From a virus (Duplodnaviria; Heunggongvirae; Uroviricota; Caudoviricetes), in IMG/VR virus record IMGVR_UViG_3300047317_001031, positions 64,001 to 128,000 of that record: a stretch of 64,000 nucleotides of DNA; one strand, 5' to 3'. The position numbers and the translations under genes are program-made. Shown one piece after another: positions 40,496 to 49,037 of the stretch (position 1 is its first letter; every line of letters begins with the position of its first letter). The notes below the pieces were generated by a model. The model did no database searches. It was not told where the DNA came from and was given only the letters and a program-made list of their open reading frames with translations.

Positions 40496-40912
40496 ATGAA
40501 GCTAACGACTGATCAGCGATCTCTCCCGCGGCGATTGGCTCTCTTGGGTTTTTCCTCGTATGCAGAGTATCTTGATTCGGAGCATTGGAAGAGCGTTCGG
40601 GCTCGGTATCGTGCCTCAAAGGTTCCGGATTATTGCGCTCGGTGCGGCGGGCCGGGGGAAAACCTGCACCATAAGACCTACGAGCGGCTTGGGCGGGAAT
40701 GGTTACGGGATCTCGTTCTGCTTTGCCGGCCGCATCACGAGGCGGTTCATCGGCATCAACGGGAACAGATGGAGAACGGAACCTATCGGGGTCTTGCCGC
40801 AGCGACTCGCGACGTCGTGAACGGGCCTAGGAAGCCGAGAAGGCCGAAGAAGAAGCCTGCGGATTCGAAAGCATCCTTTCTCGCATGGTATCGTCGTCGG
40901 GCATTTTCTTAA
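40496..40912 (+). CDS. HNH endonuclease
   Basis: CARCG...LHHKTY...LVLLCRPHHEAVH. Confidence 0.85.
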   Translation: MKLTTDQRSLPRRLALLGFSSYAEYLDSEHWKSVRARYRASKVPDYCARCGGPGENLHHKTYERLGREWLRDLVLLCRPHHEAVHRHQREQMENGTYRGLAAATRDVVNGPRKPRRPKKKPADSKASFLAWYRRRAFS

Positions 40913-40949
40913 GAAGACATCCGGGAGCGAGGCCAAGAATACCCGGATC

Positions 40950-41345
40950 ATGATGAAAAAGAAATCCCGTTCTTTAGCCGCTTGCTTAATCGCCGTCATT
41001 TTCGCATGCCCGGCTCTCTCAGAGGGGAGCCTCGGTAACGAGAGAGTTCTCCATGCGAAAAGTGCGTGCGTGGAATCGTTGCAATCGGAAATTATCGTGC
41101 AGAACGGCCAACCTGCGCCCCCAAGGCATAATCACATAGCTAGCGAGATGCGTTTCCCCGGTGTCGGAGCGCAGACGACCGAAGCAATCTATACCCGTTT
41201 CCGCAACGAACCGATCCAAGTACGACCGGGCTATACGATGTGGTCAACGTATGACGATGTTCACACGGTTTGCGGCTACGATGACCAAGGCAAGCTTTAC
41301 GTTCGGCTTGATACCGCGAAGCAGATCCCCGTGAGGACATGGTAG
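40950..41345 (+). CDS. secreted hypothetical protein
   Basis: Basic N-terminus, hydrophobic core, ALS cleavage site. Confidence 0.55.
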   Translation: MMKKKSRSLAACLIAVIFACPALSEGSLGNERVLHAKSACVESLQSEIIVQNGQPAPPRHNHIASEMRFPGVGAQTTEAIYTRFRNEPIQVRPGYTMWSTYDDVHTVCGYDDQGKLYVRLDTAKQIPVRTW

Positions 41346-41365
41346 GGGGAGACGAATATTTTTCA

Positions 41366-41734
41366 TTAGGTCTGCCTTAGATGGTGTTCGCGAAAAAGCT
41401 TCATGAAGAAGGCGATTTGGGGGATGTTGAGCGATCGGCTTTCTCCAGTTTGGTCCGAGTAGCCGATCGCGAAGATATCTCCCCGGAGCGTAGCATCCGT
41501 CGTCATGGGAACGAACTTTTCAGGGGCGACGATGTTCCTGGGCAAGTTTTTAATAAATCCTTCATCATTTAAGAATATGTAGGATCGATCGTCCCATTTT
41601 AGGCATTCAAAGTGCCCCCCGACGATCTGTTGTATGGCCTCGAAATCGTCTTCGACTTCCTCTATGACCGGCAACTGATTGACGCGCTTCACGACGATGC
41701 GAAAGCGCTTTTTGGGCATATCGGTCTTCATCAA
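41366..41734 (-). CDS. DUF3846-like protein
   Basis: IQQIVGGHFE...FLNDEG...LPRN...GDIF. Confidence 0.75.
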   Translation of the reverse strand: MMKTDMPKKRFRIVVKRVNQLPVIEEVEDDFEAIQQIVGGHFECLKWDDRSYIFLNDEGFIKNLPRNIVAPEKFVPMTTDATLRGDIFAIGYSDQTGESRSLNIPQIAFFMKLFREHHLRQT

Positions 41735-42099
41735 TTTTCTTTAGTCCCAACAATTGCGGCGTAACGCATAACTGCATTCCCGGAGAGCACCTGCGCTCCT
41801 AACCCGACCTTGATGATCTCAAACGCATATTCGAGTTGAGCGGTGCAGCATCGATATTCCCACCAGGATTCGGGATCAATCTTATCACGGAACATCGTAT
41901 CCTCGGCCATGCGACGTGAAGCAAGCGCCGACGTAATTTCCGCAGGCGTGTTCATCTTCGAGATCAGTTCAAACCCGGCGAGGCATCCGCGAATCTTCTC
42001 CGGACGCTTTTCATTCGCATGGACGCTCTTTATCCCGTCCTCGACGATGCGGTCTCGTAGTTCTTGGAACGTCATCATACTACTAGCATTTTCACGCAC
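41731..42099 (-). CDS. hypothetical protein
   Basis: ATGA overlap. Confidence 0.65.
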   Translation of the reverse strand: MRENASSMMTFQELRDRIVEDGIKSVHANEKRPEKIRGCLAGFELISKMNTPAEITSALASRRMAEDTMFRDKIDPESWWEYRCCTAQLEYAFEIIKVGLGAQVLSGNAVMRYAAIVGTKEN

Positions 42100-42118
42100 A
42101 ACCTAAGAATCCATTCTG

Positions 42119-42601
42119 TTGGAGGGTCTCGTTTTGAAGAATTTAAGGCTGCTTTTAGCGGCTTTTTTCATTTTTGCGGCCCTGTTCTTCGCCCCGCGAC
42201 AGGCAGATGCCACGACATGCGTCCTCCCCTACCCGAACGCTCCGCCGCTTTATACCTCCGCTGATCCGAACGTCGTATGGGGAAATTTCAATGCCCTTGC
42301 TGCGTGTTTGCTTATAACGCCGCAATCGGCTACGGCGACGTTAAGTACCGTCGCGTCAAGCGCCTCGTCGGTTACGCTGCTCGCCTCAAATAGTATCCGA
42401 AAGGGCATGATCATCTACAATAACTCAACGCAGTTTTTGTATTTGGCGTTTGCCGCTTCCGCTTCGACAAGTGTTTTTACTTATCCGATTCCGCCCGGCG
42501 CGATCTATGAGAACAGCGGTCTTGACACGCTTTATACCGGCAAAGTAACGGGCATATGGCCGAGTGCGAACGGTAGCGCGATTATAACGGAGGAGAAGTA
42601 A
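42119..42601 (+). CDS. signal-peptide-bearing virion-like jelly-roll protein
   Basis: LLLAAFFIFAALFFAPRQADA signal; TLLASNS.RKG.IIYNNS..LYL domain. Confidence 0.65.
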   Translation: MEGLVLKNLRLLLAAFFIFAALFFAPRQADATTCVLPYPNAPPLYTSADPNVVWGNFNALAACLLITPQSATATLSTVASSASSVTLLASNSIRKGMIIYNNSTQFLYLAFAASASTSVFTYPIPPGAIYENSGLDTLYTGKVTGIWPSANGSAIITEEK

Positions 42602-42605
42602 TAAC

Positions 42606-43646
42606 GTGAAACGCTTCTTAGCAACGGCAATGTTTGTGCTTTGCTTTACCGGCACAGCGCTAGCGAATATTATCCAGCCGTATCCCGCTCCTGTTACAAT
42701 CCCTGCGTCAAACCCGCTAGCCGTCGCGCCGGCAGTCCCCACTCCCGGCGCGACGGCTATCCCGCTTACATCCACAAGCACGGGAAAGTATGTTTATTCG
42801 GTCGGGAATAACGGATACACGCAGATATCATGCAATATCAACGGTCTTACGGCTGGGGCAGCGACGATCACGAGTTATGTCGCCTATGATGCGGCAAACG
42901 CTTTAACACAGACCGTTAACGGATACGAATGGAATACAGGGGAGTATGATTCTATTCTTAACGACGACGGAAATTACACCTTTGTCATAAACGGCGCCGC
43001 ATTTTTTGATCTTTACGTAACGAGCATCGGAACGGGAAGCGCGAGTATTGTTTGTAATCCGCGATATAGCGGCCCAAATGCCGACAATATTGACGGGAGC
43101 GGAAATCACGGCATCATTATCAATGGGCAATCCGGTCTTGTCAATGTCCCGACGCCCGCTCCGGCTCCCACAGGCGCGCATAGCGTCGTAGCGGTTGAGG
43201 GAATTTCGTCCGGAACGAATGTCAATGTTGCTGGATCACGTAATTCAACGACGGTCGGAATTCAAGGAATAATCGCCGACAATCCTGCGAATGCCGCATG
43301 CAACGGGTCCATTGCTCAAATTATGTGCGGTCTTACGCTGACTGGAACATCCATAACGAATATCGTCACGGGAGTTACGAGCAAACAAATTTACCTCATG
43401 TTCCTTTCGGCGACAAATACAAGCGGAACGGCGGTCACTATGCAGCTTTCATATGGAACAAGCGGAAGTTGCGGAACCGGGAATACGCCGATCGGAGCGC
43501 CTATTCTTGTCCCTCCCGGCGGCGGATTTGTCTGGCCGATGGGGCAAGTCCCATATGCCGTTACACCTGTTACGAACGGACTCTGTGCGCAATTGTCGGG
43601 ATCGGCGACGAGCGTTTATATTAACTCGGACGTGGCGATATTCTAA
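42606..43646 (+). CDS. signal-peptide-bearing Thr/Gly-rich beta protein
   Basis: MKRFLATAMFVLCFTGTALA signal; multiple Cys pairs. Confidence 0.7.
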   Translation: MKRFLATAMFVLCFTGTALANIIQPYPAPVTIPASNPLAVAPAVPTPGATAIPLTSTSTGKYVYSVGNNGYTQISCNINGLTAGAATITSYVAYDAANALTQTVNGYEWNTGEYDSILNDDGNYTFVINGAAFFDLYVTSIGTGSASIVCNPRYSGPNADNIDGSGNHGIIINGQSGLVNVPTPAPAPTGAHSVVAVEGISSGTNVNVAGSRNSTTVGIQGIIADNPANAACNGSIAQIMCGLTLTGTSITNIVTGVTSKQIYLMFLSATNTSGTAVTMQLSYGTSGSCGTGNTPIGAPILVPPGGGFVWPMGQVPYAVTPVTNGLCAQLSGSATSVYINSDVAIF

Positions 43647-44401
43647 TGTTGAAGAGTATGGCGTTCCCAAGGTGGTTGCTTTTTATTATCTTGATGCTTT
43701 CATCATGTGATGCAATAGCGACGGTCGGAACCGATCATATGCAAACCTTCGGATCTGGCACGAGCATTCCAATTACGGCATTACAAACTCCAGCATCCGG
43801 GAATCAAATAGTCGTAGCCGCGATTTTTGGCATTTCCTCTCCCGCTCCGTCTCCGCCCGCTGGATTCACGCAAAGATGCACAGATTTCGCAGGAGGCTCA
43901 TGGTGGATATGGACGCACACGGTATCCGGCACGGAAAATCCCGCATACGGAAACCTCACCTTCGCATCTTCCGGCGGAGCGGTTTTCATCGGCGAGCGTA
44001 GCGGCATGAATTCGACGACCCCGATAGATACGAACGGAACATGCGTACATATCAGCCCGGTAGGAAGCAATCTCACGCCGACGCTCGCTCTCGGCGGCAC
44101 GACTTATCAAAACGAATTACCGGAATCGCTATTTGAAACAAATCAACTTGGACGTTGTACGGGCGGAGCAGGAACCTGTAATCAAGCCGGGTGGACGGAG
44201 CGAGGTTATGGAAATACCGGGGTTTTCGGGGAAGAACAGGTAGATAATTCCGTATCGCCTCGTGCGGGCGTTTCTACGCTTATGAATTTGAACAACACGA
44301 GTGCGAATACTATGCGCGTTCTCGGATGGTACGATGAACCCGCAACCCTCACTTCCTGGTGCCTTGCCGGCGCTATGCTTATGGGGATGATAGGATGCTA
44401 A
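43646..44401 (+). CDS. signal-peptide-bearing minor-tail-like beta-sandwich protein
   Basis: Hydrophobic N-terminus; P.GFTQ...W.WTHT...E pattern. Confidence 0.6.
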   Translation: MLKSMAFPRWLLFIILMLSSCDAIATVGTDHMQTFGSGTSIPITALQTPASGNQIVVAAIFGISSPAPSPPAGFTQRCTDFAGGSWWIWTHTVSGTENPAYGNLTFASSGGAVFIGERSGMNSTTPIDTNGTCVHISPVGSNLTPTLALGGTTYQNELPESLFETNQLGRCTGGAGTCNQAGWTERGYGNTGVFGEEQVDNSVSPRAGVSTLMNLNNTSANTMRVLGWYDEPATLTSWCLAGAMLMGMIGC

Positions 44402-45462
44402 AACTAAAAATTGCTTTCGCGAGCGTTCTTTTCTTCCTATGCGCATCCCCGGCGTTCGCGGGACTTTATGGATATGCTATCCACAACCCGCCTCCGATCC
44501 CAAGCGGCGCATATATCGGATGTTTCGCGAATACGCACGGTCACATATCGGATAGAAAAACTGCGTTGCAGCAGCATGAAACAGACCTTGAAACACAAGA
44601 GGCTGCGATAGGTAGAAGATGTGCAATTCAGTTGAGTTATTATGGATTCAGGGGAATAACTTCAAGTAATATTAAAACCGATGCGATGATTCAGGGGGAT
44701 ATAACATATCACCGCATTCCCTTGATCGCATGGTCATGCGGCGCTCCTCTCACAGATATTGCAAGCGGACTTTATGACGTATCCGTTATTAAGCCCGCTG
44801 CGCTTCTTCTTAAAGCGCTCAATATCCCGATCATGGTTCGCCCATTCCATGAATTTAATTTATGCTTTGCGCCAGGGCATTGCGCGAACGGCGATTATGG
44901 ATCTTGCTTTTCGCAACCGTTTAGTAACGATACGGCTGAAGGGGCGGAGTATATCGCGTATTTCGAGCATCTTTACAACGTATTTCAAAGTCTCGGAGCG
45001 ACGAACGTAAGTTTTGTCTTTTGTCCGAATGCGAATGCACAAGACGTTATTATTAACGATCTTACGAAGTATCTTCCCCCAGCTCCATACGCTGCATGGA
45101 TTGCCGGAGACGGTTACGACAAACTCATAAATTCATCAGGGACAAAGGTTCCGTCAGAAGGGTTTCAGGCAGCATTAGCCCCTTTTTACAATACATTCTC
45201 CTTTGATGGGCGACCGATGATGATCGGAGAAACGGGAGAATATAATAGTTCTGTTCCTCCGACCGCACCGTGGACGCAGGCGCAATACTGGACAGATATT
45301 TCCACGACGGCCAATCCTAGCGGAGCTTTTCCGTTGCTCCATGCAGTGAATTATTTTTCGTCCGAGGCCGCTTCGCCGTTTGATTGGATTCTTGATTCAG
45401 GCGGATTAACGGAAATGGCGGCAGTAGGAGCGACGCCGTATTTTTCTTATATGGGGTTTTAA
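44395..45462 (+). CDS. secreted GH26-like glycoside hydrolase
   Basis: Signal ..ASPAFA; MVRPFHEFN acid/base; DGYD; MMIGETG nucleophile. Confidence 0.8.
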   Translation: MLKLKIAFASVLFFLCASPAFAGLYGYAIHNPPPIPSGAYIGCFANTHGHISDRKTALQQHETDLETQEAAIGRRCAIQLSYYGFRGITSSNIKTDAMIQGDITYHRIPLIAWSCGAPLTDIASGLYDVSVIKPAALLLKALNIPIMVRPFHEFNLCFAPGHCANGDYGSCFSQPFSNDTAEGAEYIAYFEHLYNVFQSLGATNVSFVFCPNANAQDVIINDLTKYLPPAPYAAWIAGDGYDKLINSSGTKVPSEGFQAALAPFYNTFSFDGRPMMIGETGEYNSSVPPTAPWTQAQYWTDISTTANPSGAFPLLHAVNYFSSEAASPFDWILDSGGLTEMAAVGATPYFSYMGF

Positions 45463-45469
45463 GGAATAA

Positions 45470-45898
45470 TTGATGGCTCTCGACAACAATGAACTTCGGG
45501 AACTCTACCAAACTTTCGCGACGAGAGCGGACATAAACAACATACAAAATATGCTCGGAGCGATCATCGCGAAGCTTGATATCGTTGTGCCAAAAGATAC
45601 GCACGAGATGATATGGAAGAATGATGCGGAGTGGAAGAGGACAACGGAAGAACGACTTGATTCCATGAGAAATTCCGTGGAAATAGTAAAAGGCGGCGAA
45701 TGCGCATGGGCTATTGAGATGAAAAAAGATGTAAAAACCCTGCGCGAAGATATTGATACCGGCAAGATTCAATGGGCAACGAACCTGCAAAAAGATGTTG
45801 AAACATTGAAGTCTTCTCGCATCCCCGAGCGTGTTTTCATCGCTATAGGATGGATCATAACCGCTCTCATTGCTTATTTCGCTCCGCACGCTCATTGA
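45470..45898 (+). CDS. coiled-coil protein with C-terminal TM helix (holin-like?)
   Basis: Directly upstream of endolysin; internal repeat WAIEMKKDVKTL/WATNLQKDVETL. Confidence 0.55.
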   Translation: MMALDNNELRELYQTFATRADINNIQNMLGAIIAKLDIVVPKDTHEMIWKNDAEWKRTTEERLDSMRNSVEIVKGGECAWAIEMKKDVKTLREDIDTGKIQWATNLQKDVETLKSSRIPERVFIAIGWIITALIAYFAPHAH

Positions 45899-45909
45899 TC
45901 GGAGAATAT

Positions 45910-46479
45910 ATGACTCGTCAAGAATGGCTATCTGAGGTTGAACGACGCTTAAAAATAAATGAAGGTTCAGAACCATACGTCTATACGGATTCGATGGGAA
46001 TCCCCACGATAGGGATTGGGTTTAATTTGGATCGAGTGGACGCTCGTGCGGCGCTCGCCAAGATCGGCGTTTCGGATTTCGAAGGTATTTTGTCCGGAGA
46101 CATATGCCTTACGCAACCGCAGATTGACGCGCTCTTTGATTATGCGTTCGCTCCAATTGAGAGAAACGCAAACATTTCGCTAGGTGCCGGGATTTTCGAT
46201 GCTCTCTCCGACGCTCGCCGGTTTGTGTTGTGTGACTTAGAATATAACTTAGGGCAACGAGGATGGTTAGGATTCACGGCCACGAGAGCGATCATCAATG
46301 AAGCCCAGGCATCCAAGAACGCTGGGAGATTTGAGCAGGCGAGCGCGCTATTCGGGATTGCAGCGGATCACCTACGCGCTTCCGCATGGGACGGTCAGGT
46401 CGTGGATCGCGCCCGACGTGACGAGGCAATGATGCGTTCGAGCGTATGGGTAGATGCAAACGGAAACGGCTTCAATTAA
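45910..46479 (+). CDS. endolysin, phage lysozyme (GH24-like)
   Basis: NEG....YTDSMGIPTIGIGFNL; S.W..QV..RA; GGAG RBS. Confidence 0.85.
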   Translation: MTRQEWLSEVERRLKINEGSEPYVYTDSMGIPTIGIGFNLDRVDARAALAKIGVSDFEGILSGDICLTQPQIDALFDYAFAPIERNANISLGAGIFDALSDARRFVLCDLEYNLGQRGWLGFTATRAIINEAQASKNAGRFEQASALFGIAADHLRASAWDGQVVDRARRDEAMMRSSVWVDANGNGFN

Positions 46480-46491
46480 GTAAGGAGAGAC

Positions 46492-46689
46492 ATGGGAGAT
46501 TGGTCGATTACTATCATCGGTACGGGATGTCACCATAACGACAAGCCTGAGATTGACGCAAACGAGGCGACGAAATACTTCGTGAAACGTCTCAAGGAAC
46601 AGGGGCATACGATTCACCATGCGTCGTTCGTGAGCGGCGGTCGTGATCATACGATCCTTGATGACGACGGGCATAAGGCTTGGGCTTGA
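46492..46689 (+). CDS. small hypothetical protein
   Basis: AAGGAG RBS. Confidence 0.7.
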   Translation: MGDWSITIIGTGCHHNDKPEIDANEATKYFVKRLKEQGHTIHHASFVSGGRDHTILDDDGHKAWA

Positions 46690-46709
46690 CCTGCATGCTA
46701 TGATGCCGG

Positions 46710-46910
46710 AAAGCAGCGTTGAGGTGCCATTAGCGTTGCTTTGGGTCCCCGGAGAGCGTGGGAGACTGTGGGTGATGGTCGCTATCGCGAGATCGTCGCC
46801 TCGAAAACCTGTCGTCTGAAAAACCGGGAGCGGGTCTTCACAAACTGATCCGGACAGGAGAGGGACGACGTAGATGCTCCCTAGCGGGGACCGATTGGTC
46901 TCCGTTTTTC
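46710..46910 (+). ncRNA. candidate structured small RNA
   Basis: Extended -10 TGCTATGAT (46696-46704), several hairpins plus a pseudoknot, terminator 46885-46910, no credible ORF. Confidence 0.45.
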
Positions 46911-46914
46911 GTTG

Positions 46915-46949
46915 TGTCTTGACTTTGTAAAGATTCCGTGGTTTAAGTT
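46915..46949 (+). promoter_or_regulatory. promoter/operator copy 1
   Basis: 18-bp TGTCTTGACTTTGTAAAG identical to 47654-47671. Confidence 0.6.
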
Positions 46950-46953
46950 CCTT

Positions 46954-47598
46954 ATGAAGAAAAAAGGCCCTGGGAAAATGGTCTCTGAGGCGTTACGGAT
47001 GCCTCTCGCGAAGATCAGCGACTTCGTGAACCCTGAGGATTTTCCGCATGACGCAGATCCGAAATTGATAAAGATAAGCAAAAGCGGATACATACGAAGT
47101 CATCTTATTGCTCGCAGATACGCAGTCGGATTGCAGTCTCCGATAGGGAGATCCGGCAAGCCGTCCATTTTTAGGCTCTACCCGGACGGGGATGCTCCAG
47201 CCCTTACGAACGCCAGCAAAGGCTCAAGAAAGAGAAAGCAAGCGAGAAGGAAGTATGTAGCGCAGACGACTGCTGCCGCCGTCATCGCGATCGAAAAGAA
47301 GCCGCAGTCAAAGAATGGGAAAATTCTCCCAACGATTGAGGATCTCGCGGCGATCATCGCACGCGTTAGAGAAATTGAAGGCCCTGTCACAAGAGATTCC
47401 ATTGATGCTGAAATGCTCAAAATGCGAAATAGAATCAGCATTGCGAGTATTGAGGACATCCTTTCGCTTTCCAAGGAACTTTCGGAACTCGCCCAGTCAC
47501 GGAATGAGCAATCCCTTCGAAGAAAAGAAGCGCTTACTCAACTCTCGCAAGACGAGACGTTTCAGCAGAGAGACTTCCTCCATCTTATCGCCGTTTAA
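46954..47598 (+). CDS. hypothetical protein, paralog A
   Basis: QSPIGR...YPDG.AP and FQQRDFLHLIAV shared with paralog B. Confidence 0.75.
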   Translation: MKKKGPGKMVSEALRMPLAKISDFVNPEDFPHDADPKLIKISKSGYIRSHLIARRYAVGLQSPIGRSGKPSIFRLYPDGDAPALTNASKGSRKRKQARRKYVAQTTAAAVIAIEKKPQSKNGKILPTIEDLAAIIARVREIEGPVTRDSIDAEMLKMRNRISIASIEDILSLSKELSELAQSRNEQSLRRKEALTQLSQDETFQQRDFLHLIAV

Positions 47599-47613
47599 AA
47601 ACCCAAATTGGGA

Positions 47614-47652
47614 ATCAGGAAAAGACCGCCGATCAAACGGTCTTTTCCTGAT
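47614..47652. terminator. 15-bp perfect inverted repeat terminator
   Basis: ATCAGGAAAAGACCG...CGGTCTTTTCCTGAT. Confidence 0.8.
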
Positions 47653-47653
47653 T

Positions 47654-47686
47654 TGTCTTGACTTTGTAAAGTTCTGTGGTTAAACT
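47654..47686 (+). promoter_or_regulatory. promoter copy 2 (TTGACT-N17-TAAACT)
   Basis: Canonical spacing; ATG 7 nt downstream. Confidence 0.7.
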
Positions 47687-47693
47687 GGAATAT

Positions 47694-48302
47694 ATGAAAA
47701 CCAAAGGCGTTAGAAACGCACTCGCTGCGGTTTATAATATGCCGCTAGCGACGGAAGAGCATTTCCGAAACAAAACCGACATGCCTAATGAGGTTGATCC
47801 GAGCCTCCTGCGAGTTAGCACGGACTCCAACGTACGGCATCAGCTTATTTCTAAGGGATATGCTCACTCAATCCAATCACCGATCGGGCGAGACGGGTAT
47901 AAAAGTATTTTACACGTTTATCCCGATGGCGGAGCCCCTGAAACCCTTAAAAAAGGAGAACGCATTCGTAAAAATAGCGAATCCGTATATAGCGGATCAT
48001 ATAAGAATACAAAGCGGCTTCCAACGCTTGATGATTTGAAAGCGATTATAACGCGCGTGGATGCCGTCGAGGGCCACCTCGCTAGAGAATTGAGCATGAA
48101 GACGGAAGCAGAAATGCTTCAGCTCCAAGCGAAAATAGCATCTGCGACGGTAAACGAAATATATGCATTATCGTCAGAATTAGCGGAAATCGCTAAAAAA
48201 CGAGAAAACGCGCGATTGTACGTAAGGGAAGAAGCCCTTCGAAATGTTCAGCGAGATCCAGATTTCCTCCAAAGAGATTTCATTTCGCTCATCGCCGTGT
48301 AG
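47694..48302 (+). CDS. hypothetical protein, paralog B
   Basis: QSPIGR...YPDG.AP and FLQRDFISLIAV. Confidence 0.75.
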   Translation: MKTKGVRNALAAVYNMPLATEEHFRNKTDMPNEVDPSLLRVSTDSNVRHQLISKGYAHSIQSPIGRDGYKSILHVYPDGGAPETLKKGERIRKNSESVYSGSYKNTKRLPTLDDLKAIITRVDAVEGHLARELSMKTEAEMLQLQAKIASATVNEIYALSSELAEIAKKRENARLYVREEALRNVQRDPDFLQRDFISLIAV

Positions 48303-48375
48303 AGACGCGATTGTATCCAACCCGAAAAAGACCGTCATGATGATGGTCTTTTTTTGTTCCTTGTGAGGTCCGATC

Positions 48376-48609
48376 ATGAAACCTCTGCACCCTGGAATAA
48401 CAATATCCGCAATCTTGGGAGCGATTATTTCCATGGGGATTTCCCTCACGGCCCTAAGCGCGCCCCTTCATACGCTTTTTGGGGAGAACGCAGATAAGAT
48501 CGTTTCGGTTTCTGCTATCGTAAGTGCGCTACTCGCATGCGTTGCCGGCATCGGAAAGAGTCCCTTATCTTCTGATTCTGCGCCTGCCGAGAAAGAACCC
48601 AAGCAATGA
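48376..48609 (+). CDS. putative holin (2 TM)
   Basis: Two hydrophobic segments, charged C-tail, near endolysin. Confidence 0.55.
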   Translation: MKPLHPGITISAILGAIISMGISLTALSAPLHTLFGENADKIVSVSAIVSALLACVAGIGKSPLSSDSAPAEKEPKQ

Positions 48610-49013
48610 ATATAGCCCAGATTCTTCTATCTGCCGCGAATATTATAAAAATACTTGGAGATTTGGGGACCCCCGTCCCGGTTTCTATTGTAAATACTGC
48701 CGCGAAAGCGATCCCCATTATTTCCGCCGTGCAGAATATTTCGGTGAGCCCGCCTATGAATCTCGTGCAAACGGTGAATGATTTCGCTACTATTGCGGCA
48801 ACCATAGCCCCGATTGGGATAGCCGCCGCCGACTCGGAAATCCAAACGATTCTCGGCGAAGTTTCGAAGTATGCCGCTTCGATCGCGAACCTCCAGGCGG
48901 GGCAAGCGGTAATCGTCGGGTCTTCAATGATCTCCATCAACGGGAAGACCGAAAAGGTTTCCTTAGCGATGTTCATTGAGGGCGGCGCTGCGGCTCAGTC
49001 CCTTGGGCTTTGA
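48606..49013 (+). CDS. hypothetical amphipathic protein
   Basis: ATGA overlap. Confidence 0.6.
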   Translation: MNIAQILLSAANIIKILGDLGTPVPVSIVNTAAKAIPIISAVQNISVSPPMNLVQTVNDFATIAATIAPIGIAAADSEIQTILGEVSKYAASIANLQAGQAVIVGSSMISINGKTEKVSLAMFIEGGAAAQSLGL

Positions 49014-49037
49014 GGCATTGCGCTTTTCCGTAATTGC

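Noticed and set aside
39900-40500. CRISPR mini-array or REP elements
   Set aside because: No regularly spaced direct repeats; REP-like fragments are too short.
46740-46870. TPP, SAM-I or glycine riboswitch resemblance
   Set aside because: Only short fragments match (CTGATCCGGA, GGAGAG); the core motifs are missing.
46808-46881. HDV-like/theta ribozyme call
   Set aside because: Stem order fits, but there is no G at the cleavage position, P3/L3 sizes are wrong and there is no P1.1 or J4/2 catalytic C; kept only as an unknown RNA.
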